A program made the position numbers and the translations under genes. A model generated the notes under the pieces. The model was given only the letters and a program-made list of their open reading frames with translations, was not told where the DNA came from and made no database searches. Of a stretch of DNA of 64,000 bases, positions 12,871 through 26,699 are shown piece by piece (positions within the stretch are counted from its first letter, which is position 1; the number at the start of each line of letters is the position of its first letter). Source of the DNA: Eledone cirrhosa (lineage: Eukaryota); contig OZ024742.1 in the NCBI GenBank assembly GCA_964016885.1, positions 196,602,001 to 196,666,000 of the forward strand. Reading direction: 5' to 3'.

Positions 12871-13601
12871 TATACACAGTTCAAGAGTAACCAATCTTAA
12901 AGAGAGAGATGGAGAGAGGAGAGGAGAGATTGGTGAATTAGTTAGAAGCCAAAGCGTAAAGGCATGTGCTCAATGTGTAATATGCAGTGGAAAGCAGCTA
13001 GGTGGCTGGGTTACCCATAGGCAGATCTCACACAATGCAGCTTCATTATGGCAGACAATTGATACACCCAGGACACCATAGTGAAATACCAATATATGGA
13101 ACATTACATTATGTAACATTCTTTCCTTATTTTAATTTATATTCCTTTGAAGTTCCGATGAGCCGTTCTATCTTTAATTATGTTAATTATTTTCAGCTGA
13201 GCCAGATCAATAATGATATATAGTCATTTGATCCAGAAATATTATATGGAGTAGCGAAACAATTGTAAACGGACATTATTGTGCCAAAAGAAGAAACAAT
13301 TATTTGGATTGGCAGTATCAGTAGAGGGTCGGACGTCATGCTTTCCAGCATAGTTACGTCCCTTTACGATCTGAGTTCAAATCCCGCCGAGGTTGACTTT
13401 GCCTTTCATCCTTACAGGGTCGATAAAATAAAGTACCAGTAATGCACTGGGTAATTGCTGGCCTTGTGCCTAAAGTAGAAACAATTATTATTAATATTAT
13501 TATTATTATTCTCTACATTCCTTACATCATACTAAAATATGTTAACAATCTTTTAATAATGTCTTCCTTGTGAAATTTGTGGTCTTGTTTTGCTTACCTA
13601 A

Positions 13602-13670
<69 letters not shown>

Positions 13671-13868
13671 CATTTATTTTGTCTGACCCGTTTAGCTGGA
13701 CTCGTTTTTTGACTTAGGTGGTTAATGGCTTCTTGACCGCATTCTCAGTTTGTATGGACTTTATAACCTATGTTTATTGCTCTGGTCTCTTTAGCCCATG
13801 GAGCGCTTGCCAGCATGACTTGGAATTTGCGTTGCGTTTTCTACCCGCCGAAATGCGATTCTCGTTGA

Positions 13869-13920
<52 letters not shown>

Positions 13921-13922
<2 letters not shown>

Positions 13923-16343
13923 TCATCATCATCATCAGCGTTTTACGCCTGTTCTTCCATGCTAGAAGGGTTGTCCTGTTGTGGGTGGTAGCCGGTCAGC
14001 TGACCATGCCTTGCTCATACAGGAACTGATTCTGGCTTGATTTCTACAGCTGGATGCTCTTCCTAACACCAACCTCATTTACAGTGAGTGCTGGGTGCTT
14101 TGTTTCTGTGGCGCCTACACGTCCACTTTACAGTGTGGGCTGGCTGCTTTTTAGCCGTGGCACCTCCACAATCACTTTGCAGTGGGAGCATATTGTCTAT
14201 ATGCTTCAGCTTCGGCTTGTACCTGTGGGGGGTTCGGGTCTTCTGTATTACTGCATGACGCCAGAGGTCACGGTCGTGTGTCATTGCCTTTGAGAGGTGT
14301 AGTTGGGTAAGGTCGGCTTTTATCACCTCATCCCAGGTCTTCTTGGGTCTCCCCACTCCACAGTTTCCATCGACTTCTAGTGCTCTGCACCTTTTTATGC
14401 AGCTGTCATCCTTCATACGCATCACATGTCCATACCAACGCAACCGCCTCTCCTGCACACAGCATTTGATTCCTCTTATGCTCAGTCTCTCTCTCAATTC
14501 ATTTATGCTTTGCCATTCGCGTATATTATTATTACACATCCATCGGAGCATGGAGGCTTCGTTTCTTTCTAATCTACGCAAGTCTTCCAAAGACAGCGCC
14601 CAGGTCTCACTACCATGTAACATTGCTGTTCGGATACACGCATCATACAGTCTGCAGGGAAAAGCCTTTTGTAGCTATCAGAGGCAGTAGCTCCCTGAAC
14701 TTCTTCCATCCCATTCTTACCCTAGTTATTGTACTTTCCGAACACCCACCTCCGCTGCTAATTCGGTCACCTAGGTAGCAGAAGCTGTCTACTGTTTCTA
14801 CAGAGCCCTCCCAGAGTTTGGTGGTACTTGTTTCCTGTGACTATTTGCTGCTTTCTGTCCCAGCACAGCTGCTACATGTGAAGCCTACATTCTTAGTTAA
14901 GCTTCCTGAGATCCCGCTTCATCTCTTGTGTACCCATTGTTTGCATTTGGGGCAGAGAATGGAGTTCCTACCTACACCTTTCCTAGATACTGAGCAAGGC
15001 CATTTCTCTGAGGGGATCTGGGTTCTGTTTTCTCATCTACTTACAAGGACCTTAATCTTTGTCAGGTTGACCCCGAGACCCTTTCTCTCTAGTCCCTGCT
15101 TCCAAGTTTGGAATTTCATCTCTAGTTCTACCATAGATTCAGCTATAAGTGCGAGGTCATCTGCATATAGGAGTTCCCATAGGCATCCGGTCTTAAACTC
15201 CTCCGTTATTGCCTGCAGAAGTATGATGAACAGGAGAGGACTAAGAACAGAGCCCTGGTGGACACCGACCTGTACATTAAATTCCTTGCTATAGTCATTG
15301 CTAATCCTAACTTTGCTGACTGCTCCCCTATACATGGCTTGTACAGCTTTCACAAGCCATTCATCTACTCCTAGTTTTCTAAGAGCCCACCAGATTATAG
15401 CACGGGGAACTCTGTCAAAGGCTTTCTCGAGATCGACGAATGCCAGGTAGAGCAGCTTACTTTTAGCTAGGTACTTTTCCTGCAACTGCCTCACAAGGAA
15501 GAGGGCATCAGTGGTGCCTCTTCCTGGTACAAACCCAAATTGCATCTCCTCTAGTTTCACCTGGTCCCTAATCAATTGTGCTATAACTCTTTCTGTTACT
15601 TTCATGACCTGGTCCATTAACTGCCTCATCTACCTTATTGTTCCACCACCAAGTCACTTTCCTCCTGCCTGTGGTCTTACTCCAGCCACAGATCTCATCC
15701 GTCGCCTTTAGTAAGTTATTTTTTAGGAACTCCCAGTGCTCTTCTACATTGAATGTCTCTATCTGTTCTTCTTTACTGTCATAGGCGTTGAGTAAAATAT
15801 CTTTAAATCTGTTACTGGTTGAGGGGTCTTTCAGCTTCCAGATCTTTCTTCTCCAGGTTGGCTTCTGTTTCCAGGTTCGTCTAGTTCTGACCGTGAGGTC
15901 GCTGATAACTAAGCAATGTTGGGAGGTACATTCCTCACTAGGGAAAGCTTTTGTGTTTACGACCATCCATCTGTCACGTCCTCTGATGAGGATAAAATCT
16001 ATCTGACTAGAATGCTCCCCTGATCTATAGGTGATCAGGTGGTTGTCGGGTTTTTTGAAGTTTGTGTTACATATCGACACGTCATTGGCGTCGCAGAATT
16101 CTAGAAGCCTGAAGCCTTCTTCATTTCTTGTGCCAACCCCAAGGCCTCCATAGACTCTATAGAAGCTGTCACGGTATTTACCTACATGTTAAAATCTCCT
16201 GCAATGATTAGGAAGTCATTGTCGTTTGTTAGAGCAGTAGTGTGCATTAAGGACTCATAAAACCTATCCTTAAGTTCATCTGGCAACCCCGATTGAGGTG
16301 AGTAAGCTGATATTATTGTGGTAATTGTTTTATTCAGGACTAG

Positions 16344-16348
<5 letters not shown>
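13921..16348 (-). mobile_element. RTE-clade LINE (APE remnant, RT, 3' UTR), internally deleted, flanked by (TA)n on both sides
   Basis: SQIDFIL, HCLVI (APE); YADD RT; internal deletion near 15625; (CAT)n tail at 13921. Confidence 0.93.
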
Positions 16349-16400
<52 letters not shown>

Positions 16401-17586
16401 TCTGAGTATGAATTACAATTACATTAGAATGAGCCCTCAATATGTAAACATAGAGGTTCTTTACATTGGATAAAATGCATGGCAACTAAGCACATATTTT
16501 TTTTTTGGTATGCATCAGGAAACTCTGAGTATTGACAAAATGACAAAAACATATGCTTATTGCCATATATGTGTGTGTGTATCATTATCATCTTCACTGT
16601 AAACATATATATTCTTGATTGAGAAGTTCGCTGATGAGCTGAGATTTCTCACAGTAGAGAATATCCTAACTTATTGGAATGCTCAAAATTGCAATTACTC
16701 AGTGAAACTGCAGTCGAAACATCGAAGTAAATTGGTAAATTTTTCTTAATCTTGTTTACTTTTTCCAAATAAAATTTTATTGATTTTTATTAATTCCTTC
16801 ATTGAGCAAAACTGGTAATAGTTGGACTCCCTCATATATATGCCTATACATGTGTGTATATAATTCAATACATTTGTTATGTGTGTGTATGTGTGGGGTG
16901 GGGGTGCATGTGTGTGTGGGGGGGGGGGGCATGTGCGTGTGTGTGTGTAAACAGTACCATTGTGTCAATACTAAGATGTCAGCTCCACTGAAAATCTCTG
17001 TGTTTAGAGTGAGCAAGGACCAGCTGATATTTAGAACATGTCTTAAACATTTCTTATTTACATGAATAAAGAAGAGAAGTTAGTAAACATACGTGATACA
17101 CAGCAATTTTTGTGAATCTCTTGATGCCATGTTGGAAAACAACAATAAGAAATGAATACAAAAAGAATAACATGAGACGTCCAAACAAGGGAGACAACCA
17201 CAAAGAGCCAATGAAGGAACTGATCCTGGATTATACTAAAGGCAAATATCCTTTAGAAGAAGAAGAAGAAGAAGAAGAAGAAGAAGAAGAAGAATTATTT
17301 CTAATTTAGGCATGAGGCCAGAAATTTAGGGAGAGGTATAGTTGGTTATATGGACCCTCGTATGTGACAGGTACTTTATTTTAATGACCCTGGAAGCATA
17401 AAATTTAAAGTTGACTTTGGTATTATTTGAGCTCGGGTACCAATTAAAACAATGGTTTATAAATTTGGCACAAGGGCAGCAATTCTGAGGAGAGGAGAAA
17501 GTTGATTATATATCAACACCAGTATGTAGCTGGTATTTTATTTCATCAACCTCAAGACGAGAAATTTGTTGGGAGGGTTTAGTGGA

Positions 17587-17800
17587 TTAACCCTTCAGCC
17601 ATATCTGACCAGAATTCTCTCACCTTTTTCTGATCAAACTGGCTGTAACCAGCCACTCATACTGATGTTAAGGTATTGTTCTCAAAATAAATAATATCAA
17701 AATCTTATAGATTTGATATTATGTGAGATAATTATATGAGGTAAATCCTTTACCATGAAAATATAGTAAACAGAGAGTAATGTAAATGCTAAAGGGTTAA
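17587..17800. mobile_element. piggyBac-type MITE (TTAA-CCCTT...AAGGG-TTAA)
   Basis: TTAA target duplication with CCC/GGG termini; same family as 20056-20284. Confidence 0.75.
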
Positions 17801-19353
17801 ATTTGAAATTAAATTTAAAAGCCTATTTGAGCTTTGGTGTTGATTTGATGAACATTTTCGAATAATACAGAAACCTTGTGTATTTATTGAATTCGCATAA
17901 AAAAAATCACCAGGAAAAAAAGTTCAAAATATATTATTATGTTGAAGGAACTAGTAGTAAAAAAAAATTGTTTACCCCATTTTTTTCTTCCCAAATAAAA
18001 CAGTCATATTGTTTGCATTCTGTCTTCCAATAGTCGCTATGCTTGATACTGCCTTGCAATAGTTGCCATATGGGATTTTGTCTTCTAATAGTCGTTTCTT
18101 TTATTTGGTATCTTTATCTCCTTATAAATGGTTCCCATGGAGATTCAAAACATGTGCTGAGTGAGTCTTTGCTTAATTTTCACAGGAGCCATATTTCTTG
18201 GAAATACATGCAGGGAAAAAAGTGTTTTACATATAATTTCTATTTATTTGCATCTGATTTTTTTTCTCCCTTTTTCAGTATAATCTCACATAACAAACAT
18301 ACCATGCTACATAAATTACTTTTTTTTACTTCTATACCATGGTGTTTGATAGCTACTAAATAAATTTTATGTTTTCTGTTTTCTGTATGTGTGTTTTTTT
18401 AGTGGTGCTCACAGTTAATGTTCTTGTAGCTTGGTGGATTTTTTATGAAGGACAAAGAAATGTTATTGTCACTTGTATAAGGATAAAAAACTTAGGTGTA
18501 TTTTTGCTTGAATACTTGGAAACAAAATAAAAAAAAATTAAAAAAACATAAATTTAAGAGCATATCATCATCATCATCATCATCATTGCTGTTTAACGTC
18601 CATTTTCCATGCTAGCATGGGTTAGATGAATTATCCCATTGAAACATGCCAGGTTGGATGACCATATTTTGCTCATACAGAACTGATTTTGGCTGTTTTT
18701 TTGGCTGGATGCCCTTCCTAATGCCAACCACATTTACAGTGTGGACTGGGTGCTTTTTGTCGTGTCACCTACATGACCACTTTACTGTGTGGGCTGGGAA
18801 CTTGGGTGGGGGAAGAGATGTTTGGGGATAGGGATGTAGATCATGGGTGGGTGTTATGATATAGTTGGGATGTTATGATGTGGGTGGTGTATGAAAGGGG
18901 TAATGGAGGGGAAGGTGATGCATACTAGATGTATACCTCAACCCAAGCACATGGGAAGGCAGGTCTACTGTATTACTGCATAACACCAGAAATCAAGGTC
19001 CCTTGTAGTCTTCCTAGGCCTTCCAACTCTATAGCTTCCAGGTGCAGAAAATAACTCTAAGTACAGTCAGTTGCTATAAAATACCTTACAAAATAGGTTA
19101 AGACACTTACTCTTGGGTCTCAAATAACCGTCCCCACTGCTTATTAATTTTTCAGAATTTTTCCAACCACCCCACACATATTCCAGCCCTCTGCTTATTA
19201 AATTTTGTTAATGCAAAATTTTATTTTGTGTGGTAGCATTCCTGCAACGATTAATTTTCTTGATATATTAAAAAAACATTATACATGACAAAAAAAAGTA
19301 TACTACTAAAAATCCCATGTTATAAAATAAATAGTATGGGTTGAGGTCTCAAT

Positions 19354-19828
19354 CATCATCCACATCATCATCATCGTTTAATGTCCATCTTCCATGCTAG
19401 CATGGGTTGGACGGTTTTGTCCCACTTGAGGTGAGATCGGTTGGGAGACTGTGTCTCGCTCGTACAGAAGTGTTTCTGGCAGTTTTTCTATGGCTGGATG
19501 CCCTTCCTAACACCATCCACATTTACAGTAAGGACTGGGAGCCTTTTTACCTTGTCTCCTACACGACCACTTTACAGTGTGGACTGGGTGCTTTTTGTAG
19601 TGTCACCTACACAACCACTTTACAGTGGACGAAAATGGGAGGATGGGGCAGGGTGTGTGGGGTGGAGTGTATATGGGGTTAAGAGGTGCCTACTGACTGT
19701 AGGTTTAAGTTTGTATGCAAGGGAAGGCGGGTCTTCTGTATAACTGCATAGCGTCAAAGATCTCGATCCAGTCTTAGAGAGTTGTAAGTGAACATGGTCT
19801 GTTTTTATCACCTTATCCCAGGTTTTTC
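19354..19828 (-). mobile_element. RTE 3'-end fragment inserted into a MITE (19108-19890)
   Basis: (CAT)n tail, GATGCCCTTCCTAACACC module and KTWDKVIK remnant; GTCTCAAT/TTTTCAAT junctions split the MITE. Confidence 0.7.
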
Positions 19829-20055
19829 AATATGTAAACTAAACAATTAATTCTGTTTTTTTTTAAATCAACGGAGATAACCTAAAAAAATTAACGATTA
19901 CAGCATGCCTTTTCAATTATTTAGTTTCATGTCTGACATCATTTATCTGAAAAGAAATGGTAATCAGAACAAATTAGAAAAAAGTTAGAGCTTTTAAGAT
20001 GTGTCCTCAAAGAACTGAGCAACCCTGTACCTTCTATCTGATGCTCTAACAGTGT

Positions 20056-20284
20056 TTAACCCTTTAGCATTTACATTACTCTATATATCCTATTGTATTT
20101 TTGTGGTAACAGCTTTACCTCACATAATTATCTCACATAATATCAAATCTATGAAATTTTGATATTATTTATTTTGGGAACAATACCTTAACATTAGTAT
20201 GAGTGGCTAGTTACAGCCGGTTTGAACAGAAAGAGATGAGAGAATTCTGGCTGGATACGGCCAGTTTAAATGCTAAAGGGTTAA
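20056..20284. mobile_element. piggyBac-type MITE with perfect 14 bp TIR CCCTTTAGCATTTA and TTAA TSD
   Basis: TTAA|CCCTTTAGCATTTA ... TAAATGCTAAAGGG|TTAA. Confidence 0.85.
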
Positions 20285-20585
20285 CTTATGTATCTGAGAG
20301 TGAGAGGATACACATGTTCCACTACTCATCATCACCACCATGGAAGTATCTTCAAAAGGTCAAGGTCACTACCAGCTAACACTGAGTAAACAATACACAA
20401 AAGGCCAAAGTCATTGTTGCCTAACATTGCGCAAGCCATATACAAAAGGTCAAGGTCATTGCCTTTCATAATCCAGCAAATCATGCAAAAGGTCGAGATC
20501 ACTGCCTTTCATATTCTGAGTACACTATGCACAAATTTTAATGATAATATATATTCATGTATTTATATATTCATATAATACTTGC

Positions 20586-20656
<71 letters not shown>

Positions 20657-21865
20657 GTATAGGATTACCCAAGATGTAGTAATGGTTAATTACTACACTG
20701 GATATGGTTGACGTACGGTGAAAGGTTACTCTACGAGTTATGGAAGAATTGTTGAAGAAACATTTGTAAGCACACGGAATAAATTACCTTTTTATGATGT
20801 CTACCTGTTATTATTCATTCTTTATATATATATATATATATATATATTTATTAAAATAACATATATATATATATATATATACATGTGTCTGTGTGTATAC
20901 ATCTATATGTATATATGTGTGTGTGTATACATGTGTATATATACATATGTGTGAGTGGTGTGTGTGTGGTAGTAGTGTAAGGGACAATACAAAGACACGG
21001 ACAATGGGAGTTTACAATAAGCTCAAGTAAAAGTGTACAATAGCAAAACCAATTTAACAATGAAAAATATAAAATAAACTACATATAATAATTGTTTCTA
21101 CTTTTGTATTACTGGTACTTTATTTTATCGACCCCGTAAGGATGAAAGACAAAGTTAACCTCGGCGGGATTTGAACTCAGAATGGAAAGGGCCATAATTC
21201 TATGCGTCAAAGCATGACGTCCGACCCTCTACTGATACTGCCAATCCACTGCCACTACATATAATAATTGTTTCTACTTTTGGCACAAGGCCAGCAACTA
21301 CCCAGTGTATTACTGGTACTTTATTTTATCGACCCCGTAAGGATGAAAGGCAAAGTTAACCTCGGCGGGATTTGAACTCAGATCATAAAGGGACGTAACT
21401 ATGCTGGAAAGCATGTCCAACCCTCTACCGATACTGCCAATTCAGATGATAATCAGGATGAGGAGGATGACAATGATGATATATATATATATATAAGTAT
21501 ATTTAATTCTTTGCAAAAAATACAGAATTATGGCAGAGATAATGAATTATGAATTTGTTTAATGGATAAATTGATAAATACAAAATAATTGTTTCTACTT
21601 TTGGCACAAGGCCAGCAATTACCCCAGTGCATTACTGGTACTTTATTTATCAATCCCATAAGGATGAAATGCAAAGTTAACCTCGTCAGCTGAAATATCA
21701 TATCTGAAAAGAATTATCCCTTAATAATAGATTAGATTATATCATAATATCATTGGAAACAGTGAGGGGGCAGTGTCTGAGATCCCTTTTCAGGGCCTCC
21801 AAGACTGGTGGGTAAGAGGTCAAGTGGAACTTAGCCTCAAACCAAAAATCTGCTAAAGACAACCA

Positions 21866-22132
21866 ATGGAGAGTGATAGTGGTGGTGTTGATGACAATTG
21901 TGGTGATGGTAGTGGTGGCTGTGGTATTGGTGGTGGTGTTGAAGGCAATTGTGGTGGTGGTAATGGTGTTGGTGATCGTGTGGTGATGGTGATGTTGGTG
22001 GTGATAGTTGTGGTAGTGGTAGTGGTGGAGGTAGCAGCGGTGATAGTGGTGTTGGTGATGGTGTTGGTTGTGGTGGCAGTGACAGTGGTGTTGGTGGTGG
22101 CTGTTGTGATGTTGGTGGTGGCTGTTCTGGTG
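21866..22132. repeat. Degenerate (GGT/GAT)n low-complexity tract
   Basis: Read directly from the sequence. Confidence 0.9.
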
Positions 22133-22743
22133 ATATTTAATTAGGCACTGAATTAAGACTAGCACCCAAATATATTTAACCCTTTCATTACCATATTGTC
22201 TAACCCATGCTAGCATGAAAAATGGACGTTAAATGATAATAATGATGATGATGACAATGATACACATGGCCTTTGTGTTTTAATCAATTTTAAAATCAAT
22301 AAAAATGTAGTGAAATTTAATAAAATAACTAATTCTTTTTTTAATTAAGCTGGTGTTTGGAACATAACTTTACAAAGGTTCTTACATAAATTATAACGAA
22401 GGGACTTTAAATGAATATAAACTATCCATCATGTAAGGTGTTCATGCTGGTGCCACAAAAAAAGTACTCAGTCCACTCTGTAAAGTGGTAGTTTTAGTGC
22501 CCCGAAAAAGCTCCCACTACATGCTGTAATATAGCTGGTATTAGGAAGGGCATCTAGGAAAAGCAGATCATATGAGCAAGTGTGCCCTTGACCTGTCTTG
22601 CCTCACAATATGACATCCCACCTAACCCATGCAAACATTTGAAAGTAGATGTTAAATGTTAAAGTATGTGTTTGCTAAGCTTCATCAGAGAAGAAAAACA
22701 TTGTGGTCATGATGCAAGAATCTGTGTGCGTGTGTGTGTGTGT

Positions 22744-22827
<84 letters not shown>

Positions 22828-23089
22828 CAAATTCCAATAATTCTGCCACAACTTTCAGATAAATATGTTTCCTTGCAGGCAATAAATCTTAAATATTTCA
22901 AAGCTTAAATATTTCTGGAAACTTGTTCAAATTTTCAATTCAGTTGTTTTCTTTCCAAAAGAATGTAGTAGTAGTAGTAGTAGTAGTAGTATTTAAAGTG
23001 TCAAGAATTAGTAACTCTTGGAAGATATAGAGTGAATAAGAAGAAAGATTAGCTAGTAACAAATAGGCTCTTTCCTTTCAACAGTATAT

Positions 23090-23340
23090 ACAATATACCT
23101 GCATCAGTTGTTATCTGTCCAAACACTGAATCCTTCAAAACATCCATGTTTCCCAAAATTCACCAACACTACACCTGATATTCCTCCTCCATACACATGC
23201 ACGTATGTATCTGTATATATATCATAACTCATACACTATTCACTTTCCTGACTTTCATACATCATTCTATGTACTATACATGCACATTTGATGAGTTGTA
23301 GTGCACCTAAGCGTTGTACACAATAATTTTCATTACTATT
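23090..23340 (+). mobile_element. CR1-like LINE 3' end fragment
   Basis: Reverse-complement similarity to 37630-37990 and 45579-45770. Confidence 0.7.
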
Positions 23341-23614
23341 TTAAGTGTAAATTCACAATCAGTGGTAGGTGCTCTAGTAACCTGAACTTTAGCTGCCTGT
23401 AATTTTCAGTGGCTGGTTAATTTAAAATGAAATTTTAAAAATATAAACAAAATGTCACCAGAAACTTGAGAAATAAAGAGGCAATATTTGTCAATAGATT
23501 GAGGCCTTCCATTATCAGCAGACACGAACTACATGACATATCATAAAATATATGGTAAATGTGCAAATGTTTGTTTTATTTTGTCTGTCTTACTTTACTT
23601 CCACTTTCACACTT

Positions 23615-24110
23615 CATCCTCATCATTATTTTCCATCCGTTGTTCTACACTTGCATGGGTTCGATTGGTTCTTCTCAGTACAGCCTCTCTCCACTTGTCA
23701 CGGTCCTTTGCCATCTTCTCCATGAGCTTCAGTGATCTGAGATCAGCTCTCATCACTTCCAACTAGGTCTTTCTTGGTTTTTCTCTACTGCAGCTTCCTT
23801 CCACTAGGATTACTTAGCACTTCTTCACCCAGTGATCATCATCCATGCACATCATATGCCCTTACCAATGCAGTCCCCTCTCCTACACTACTTCTGATTC
23901 CTCTTATATTCAGTTTCACCCTCAGTTCATCCATGCTTTTTCCTTCTTGCACATTAACATTGCATATCCATTAAAGCATGCTTGCCTCATTTCCTTCCAG
24001 CTTCCACACATCCTTTGCATTCACTGCTCATGTCTCACTACCATGCAACATGACACTTTACACGCAAGTGTCATATGGCTAACCTTTTGTTTGTAGGGAG
24101 AAACATTTTA
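23615..24110 (-). mobile_element. RTE 3' fragment, decayed
   Basis: Similar to 32940-33410 (MLHGSETW and KWREAVLRR remnants). Confidence 0.75.
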
Positions 24111-26699
24111 TACAAGCATTCCTAAAGCAATTTTAACGACATATTTCACAATTCTTTATATAAACTGTACTACTTTGTTTTCATCATACTTGAGCCTGGC
24201 TCAATTTACTATCATATGATAGGAAGGCATCCAGTTGTACAAAAGTTGCCAAACAAAAGGTTAGGAGAAATCTTCAGTTGTATGAAAAATATGACAACCT
24301 TCCTAGTGCTGGTACCATAATAAAATGTTCCTAGTGCATTCTGTGGAGGGCGAGAATATACATAAGTGAGATGTGGCCCCCAAGCCACTCCCACCCATCC
24401 CATTCCATCTGAGAGGCCAATCAGGATGACCCATTCAACTCTTGCTAGCAGGGAAAACAGACATTAAATAAAGATGATGATGATGCTGATGTTGCATTTG
24501 AAAAAGGGTTTTAACCCCCGTAATGTCATAAAATATAAGGTAAAAATACAAACTGTTGTTTTGTTGTTTCATCTTGCCTTGCTTTACTCCTGTTTTCAAT
24601 CATTGCATTGTACTGACTTTCCCAAAATAATCCTAACCACATTTCTCACAATGCTTCATATAAAATATTCTAAAAAAAGTCCAAACATTTGAAAGATATT
24701 CAGCAGAAGTTAAAACGTGACAATGGAGAGAATATTTTAATTCTGAATGTTCTAATTTCTCCTTAATGGATTCTTTGCATTTGATGCTTCATCGAATATT
24801 GATCGAACATTTCGTGATCAGCTTCGATATTTGATTGAAATGAAAACAAAAAAGAAGACTAAATACAAAGAAAATTCATATTTCCAATAAAGATTTTAAA
24901 AGTTTGTTTGCTTTATATTCTGTATATTTTGTTTTGATTTTGTGTTTTTAAATTTCATTATTGGAAAATATTAAAAGAGTTACAAACCTTCCAAACATCA
25001 TCATCTTTTCATTTTATTTTCAAACTTTCAAACTTTAATAACATGCAATGAAAAAGAAATGGCATTAAGCATGGTTGCATGATTAAGAAGTTCATTTCCA
25101 GGGAGCAAAGGGGTGGGGGAGGGCGAGGGGGAGGGGATTAGAGATAGATGGGGAAGAGAAGGAAATAGAAAGAGAGAATGAGTGAGAAGAAAGAAAACAA
25201 GGGTGAGAGGCAAAGTTTGTCTCAGTGGGATTTGCACTTAGCATGCAAAGAACTAGAATGAATACCACAAAGCATTCTATCTTGATGCCCAAATGGCTCT
25301 TCTAATTTGCCACCTATATTACTCAATTTCTAATTTTAATCAATATTAATTAATTAAAATTTCAGGGTTTGTCTCTCCTGTCTTTCTCCTCCAGAATTAA
25401 ACATTAACACTTTCATGACCATATTTCTAATGAAATACATTGCCTTTAATTTTCAAATAATTTTGAAAATAATCAAAAATTTGAAGGGATTTAGTAATAA
25501 AACTAATTTTCTCATTATTAAGCTAGTGATTGGAACACAACATAATAAATATTCTTAGATAAAATTATAATGGAAGTTTTTTTTATTCTTAGATAAAATT
25601 ATAATAGAAGTCTCTTTCTCTTCTATATAGGTGTGCTGTAGTGACATACAGAGTTTCTTGGGCATTTTAAACCAGTAGAGCTCATCCTCTCTCTAGGTCT
25701 GAACACATGACTAATTTCTTCCAGAGAAGGAAAGAGAAAGTGATAAAGAGGGATTGAGAGATAAATATAAAGAAGAATCAACCCCAGTACTGAACTGACA
25801 TTTTATTTATCAACCTCAAAAAGACGAAAGGCACAGTTAACCTTGGAGAGATTTGAACTCAGAGCAAAGAGAGCCAGAACGAATACTGCAAAGTATAAAC
25901 TCTTGAAAATAGACAGATTCACATTGTAGAACCAGGGGTGGTTTCAGGCTGTTTAGTATCACAAGGGTTAACCTAACATTCCTTACTCCTTATCACAGGT
26001 ATTGCTTGCCATGATCGATCGACAAGATTCCAGACCTCATTCGCTTGCCATGTGGAGCGAACCGTTTCAAATCAGACCAAGGAAACAATGTTTCCATTGG
26101 TTTTTCCATTGCTGATACTATCTACCAGTCACAACTCCTTGGCAGAAGGAGCAATGTGAAATAAAATGTCTTGCTCAAGGACATAACGCATCACTCAGTC
26201 TGAGAATTGAACTTGCAACTTCACGATTGCGAATCCAACTCGCTAACAACTAAACCACACACCTTCACAGGTATAATTTCAATTAATTAAAACAACTCAG
26301 CCCACTACATTATGTATCTCAACAGTGACCTTATATAATTACTAATTAAATAATAATTATTTTTTCATGGGTGTCTCTTGTGTCTTTGTTCATTAAAACT
26401 AATCAGTAAACTAATTATCCTTCTTCCTTGCAAGAGGTATACAAGGATGGCTGAAATGTTCATTGGCTGGCTATGAAAGAGTAATGCTAGAGCTGTAAAA
26501 TCTTGCATGCATTAATTTCAACTCTTCTTAATAATAACTGCATTGTTTCTTTTGTATATCAGCAACATCATCCTTTTTATGTCCATGTATCCATACTGGC
26601 ATAGGTTATTACATCTGAGACTTCACAGGCATGAGAACCACATTCTGATCATATGTTTCATATTTTGGCATGCTTTTTACATACAGTTGGATGCCCTTC

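Noticed and set aside
18403-18495. Exon-like open frame on either strand
   Set aside because: Weak splice sites and no phase-compatible partner exons or recognisable homology.
22660-22700. Minus-strand CTGATGA hammerhead candidate
   Set aside because: Lacks GAAA and stem I pairing.
24760-24830. Minus-strand terminal-exon-like peptide DHEMFDQYSMKHQMQRIH*
   Set aside because: Weak acceptor, no linkage to other exons.
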